64,000 nucleotides of DNA, taken from Hydrolagus affinis. Taxonomy: Eukaryota. Shown here piece by piece: positions 61,739 to 64,000 of the stretch. A program made the position numbers and the translations under genes. The number at the start of each line of letters is the position of its first letter. Positions within the stretch are counted from its first letter, which is position 1. The DNA lies in contig JAAILG010000826.1 of NCBI GenBank assembly GCA_012026655.1, forward strand, positions 1 through 64,000, read 5' to 3'. The notes under the pieces are model-generated. The model worked only from the letters and a program-made list of their open reading frames with translations. It was not told the DNA's origin and did no database searches.

Positions 61739-62080
61739 GGGCAGAGAAGTTGGGAGGGAGAGGTTTTTAAGGACAAATTAGAGAGGGGGAGGCAGGACAA
61801 GAAAGACAAAGGGTTTAAACAAAAACTGGGGTGTTAATGGTGAAGAGCAGATGAAGCACCAGAGAGGCAAGGGGTGTCTGGAGTGATGATTGTAATAGGT
61901 GAGGGGGAGCTTTCATGGTTTTATTTAAAAACCCATCCCCTTTTGTCTCTTACTGTTATCACCTATTTAACCGATCAATTAACAAATGTTTTCCTTTGTC
62001 TTTTTTGTCTCCTTTGGCTTCCTTATATTGCCTCCCGCTTCTAACTTGTCCTTAAATACCTCTCCCTCACAACATGCCCC

Positions 62081-62118
62081 AGTTCTGACGAAGGGTCGTG
62101 GACCCGAAACATTGACTC
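62081..62118 (+). ncRNA. Minimal hammerhead-ribozyme-like motif (partly decayed)
   Basis: AGTT-CTGACGA-A-GGGTC-GTG-GACCC-GAAA-CATT-GACT: both core boxes (CUGANGA, GAAA), a 5-bp helix II and a 4-bp helix I. The palindromic helix III AACGTT appears as AACATT. Confidence 0.6.
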
Positions 62119-63837
62119 ACGCTCCTTTCTCCATGGATGCTGCCTGACCTACTGAGGTTTCCCAGCAACTTCTGTTTTTATTTCAGATTTCCAACATTGT
62201 AGTATTTTGTGTTTTACTTAATATAGCCATATCAACTCAAAAATTGGCTAGAGTTAACCCAAACCCTTTTATCAGTATTCTGTCACCATAGTACTTTGAG
62301 GTTGTCTAATATTGCAGATTCCTTTGATAAACAAAATCCCCATTAGGTTGACATTTACTGAGAAATAGAAAGTTGAAACTTACACTAAATAAACTGGGGT
62401 TTATTCCACAGTGCAGCAGATTGTCAAACTCATCCAGAACCATTTTATGAAACATACCATAATCATCATAGTGGAGGAAAAATCTTTTCCAAGTAGTGGG
62501 TTGGTAATAAAATTACAACTTTGCATGTACAGATGTGACTACCATAGTGTAGTTAAAGAACTACATCAGGGAAGTCAAATAAATATCTTCTTTGTGAATC
62601 TTATCCCAATATATGATAGATCTTTAAATAATATTATACGTAAAATTTAACTACCTTTTATATTTTACATTTTAATCCCCAGAACATCTGCAATTTGAAG
62701 TGAAACACTGTTATGTTTTATGACTCTGTTTAAATATTGAAATGTTCCAGAAATAGTTTACCTTTTCTATCCTGATGTTGTGACATTGGAGAAGAATTAT
62801 GTCGTTATATGTTTTTGGTGCTGTCAATGGATGCATATATTGCCTAGTAACTTAGTGTGCACAGAATTATATTTTGTTACGGTGATATTGATTAAAATAC
62901 TTGGATCTAGGTAAATGTTTTTCCTTGTTACCACATTGGAATGGAGTGTGATGGCAACATTATTGATTTGTGAAAAGTTAAAGGGAGGTTAGTTCATTAA
63001 ATGAGCCCACGTTATTGACTGCGCAGAACTTGTAGTTAATTTATCTGTTTCTGAGTTCCTTTGAATGAAAGCTTTCTGTTCAGTATGTAGTGACATTTTG
63101 ATGTGATAACTTGCTATATAATGCAAGCAATTTTATTATTATCTTAATTCAGATCATTATCCATTTTGCTTATGAAGAATTCAACCCAAGCTTTGTCTGT
63201 TTCGTGTCTTAGGTCTGTTGCTGCATCGAAACAAAATGGATAGTTCAATTATATTATCCAGGCAAATATCCTTACTTTATCCAAATTCAACCCAAAATTC
63301 TGATTATAGTTGATAGTCAATTACCCATGCAAATGGACCAGCTGTATTCAGCTCCTGAATCACGAAACAGTGCAGGTAATTATACATCTATAAAATATGT
63401 AACTTTGACTAGAGTTAACTCCAAGTTTTCTATCACTATTCTGCCACTGTAGTACTGTATTACTCTAGCCTGCTTTTCTCTCACTAATCCTACTTGGTGG
63501 ATGGGGGGAGATTTTACACAGCCTGTGGAGGCAGGAGGCTTGATGAGTGAAATGGCTTTTCTTATCAGAAGCGTTTCTATCCTCTTTTGGTTGGTAAGAA
63601 TTAATTCACAAAATATAATTGAAGCAAATTTTTTCCTCTCACCACCCCACAATAACTTTATTTTTAGCAGAGTTGGAGAGAGTAACTTAAGTTGTTAAAG
63701 ATAAAATTAATGAATTATGTGAATTTGGTCTAATCTTTGAATTAGGCTAATAAGAAAGTACATTTTTGCCTAAAATTTAAAATCACACTTCCCATCTTGT
63801 GAAAGTTGGGAGGATTCATATATTAGATAAAACATTA

Positions 63838-64000
63838 ACAACAACAACAACAACAACAAAATTACACTTGTGTAGCGCCTTTCACATCAGGAGGACATCC
63901 CAAGGCGATAGACAGTAACTGTGTCAGACCCGAGCTGGGGACGGGGTGGGGAGAGAGGGTGCGGATTAGGAGTTGCAGATGGGACCATCGAAGAGGAGAG
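63838..64000 (-). mobile_element. L2 3' end running off the window
   Basis: (ACA)n AAATTACACTTGTGTAGCGCCTTTCACATCAGGAGGACATCCCAAGGCG. Confidence 0.93.

Larger units (their letters stand above)
61639..62215. mobile_element. Palindromic non-autonomous Penelope-like element with 13-bp TSD
   Basis: 61640-61820 is the approximate reverse complement of 61993-62178. Flanks are ACTTAATGTAGCC (61626-61638) and ACTTAATATAGCC (62216-62228). Carries the GATGCTGCCTGACCT.CTGAG..TCCCAGCA..TTCTGTTTTTATTTCAGATTTCC terminus typical of shark Penelope-like repeats. Confidence 0.8.

Noticed and set aside
1-64000. Prokaryotic or viral operon-like system, rRNA, or intact protein-coding gene
   Set aside because: No long intact non-repeat ORFs or rRNA motifs. 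The window is repeat-rich vertebrate non-coding DNA.

Overview
This is repeat-dense vertebrate genomic DNA, not prokaryotic. It is most likely from a cartilaginous fish (chimaera/elephant-shark-like), which I infer from the mix of Deu-domain SINEs, shark-type CR1 and Penelope ends, and L2. I cannot confidently call any intact host gene, so the window looks intronic or intergenic. It is dominated by about 20 L2 LINE pieces ending in (TTG)n, including one ~3.2 kb near-complete but broken APE+RT copy at 58.3-61.5 kb, and about 15 copies of a tRNA-Ala(TGC)-headed SINE ending in (TTA)n. Also present are older Deu-domain and LF-SINE-like SINEs, CR1 ends, a Tigger/pogo transposon with a deletion derivative carrying a nested MITE, two hAT MITE families, a hAT transposase fossil, a probable LTR plus primer-binding site, and a 100-N gap. 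The most notable structure is a ~580 bp palindromic Penelope-derived element (61639-62215) with a 13-bp target-site duplication (TSD) and a decayed minimal hammerhead-ribozyme motif in each arm. Other points of interest are repeated retro-insertion into the SINE 3' tail, several perfect short inverted repeats with template-switch signatures, and a few enhancer-like or exon-like segments. Family assignments come from visual recall of consensus motifs, not database searches. Boundaries of old repeats are approximate.
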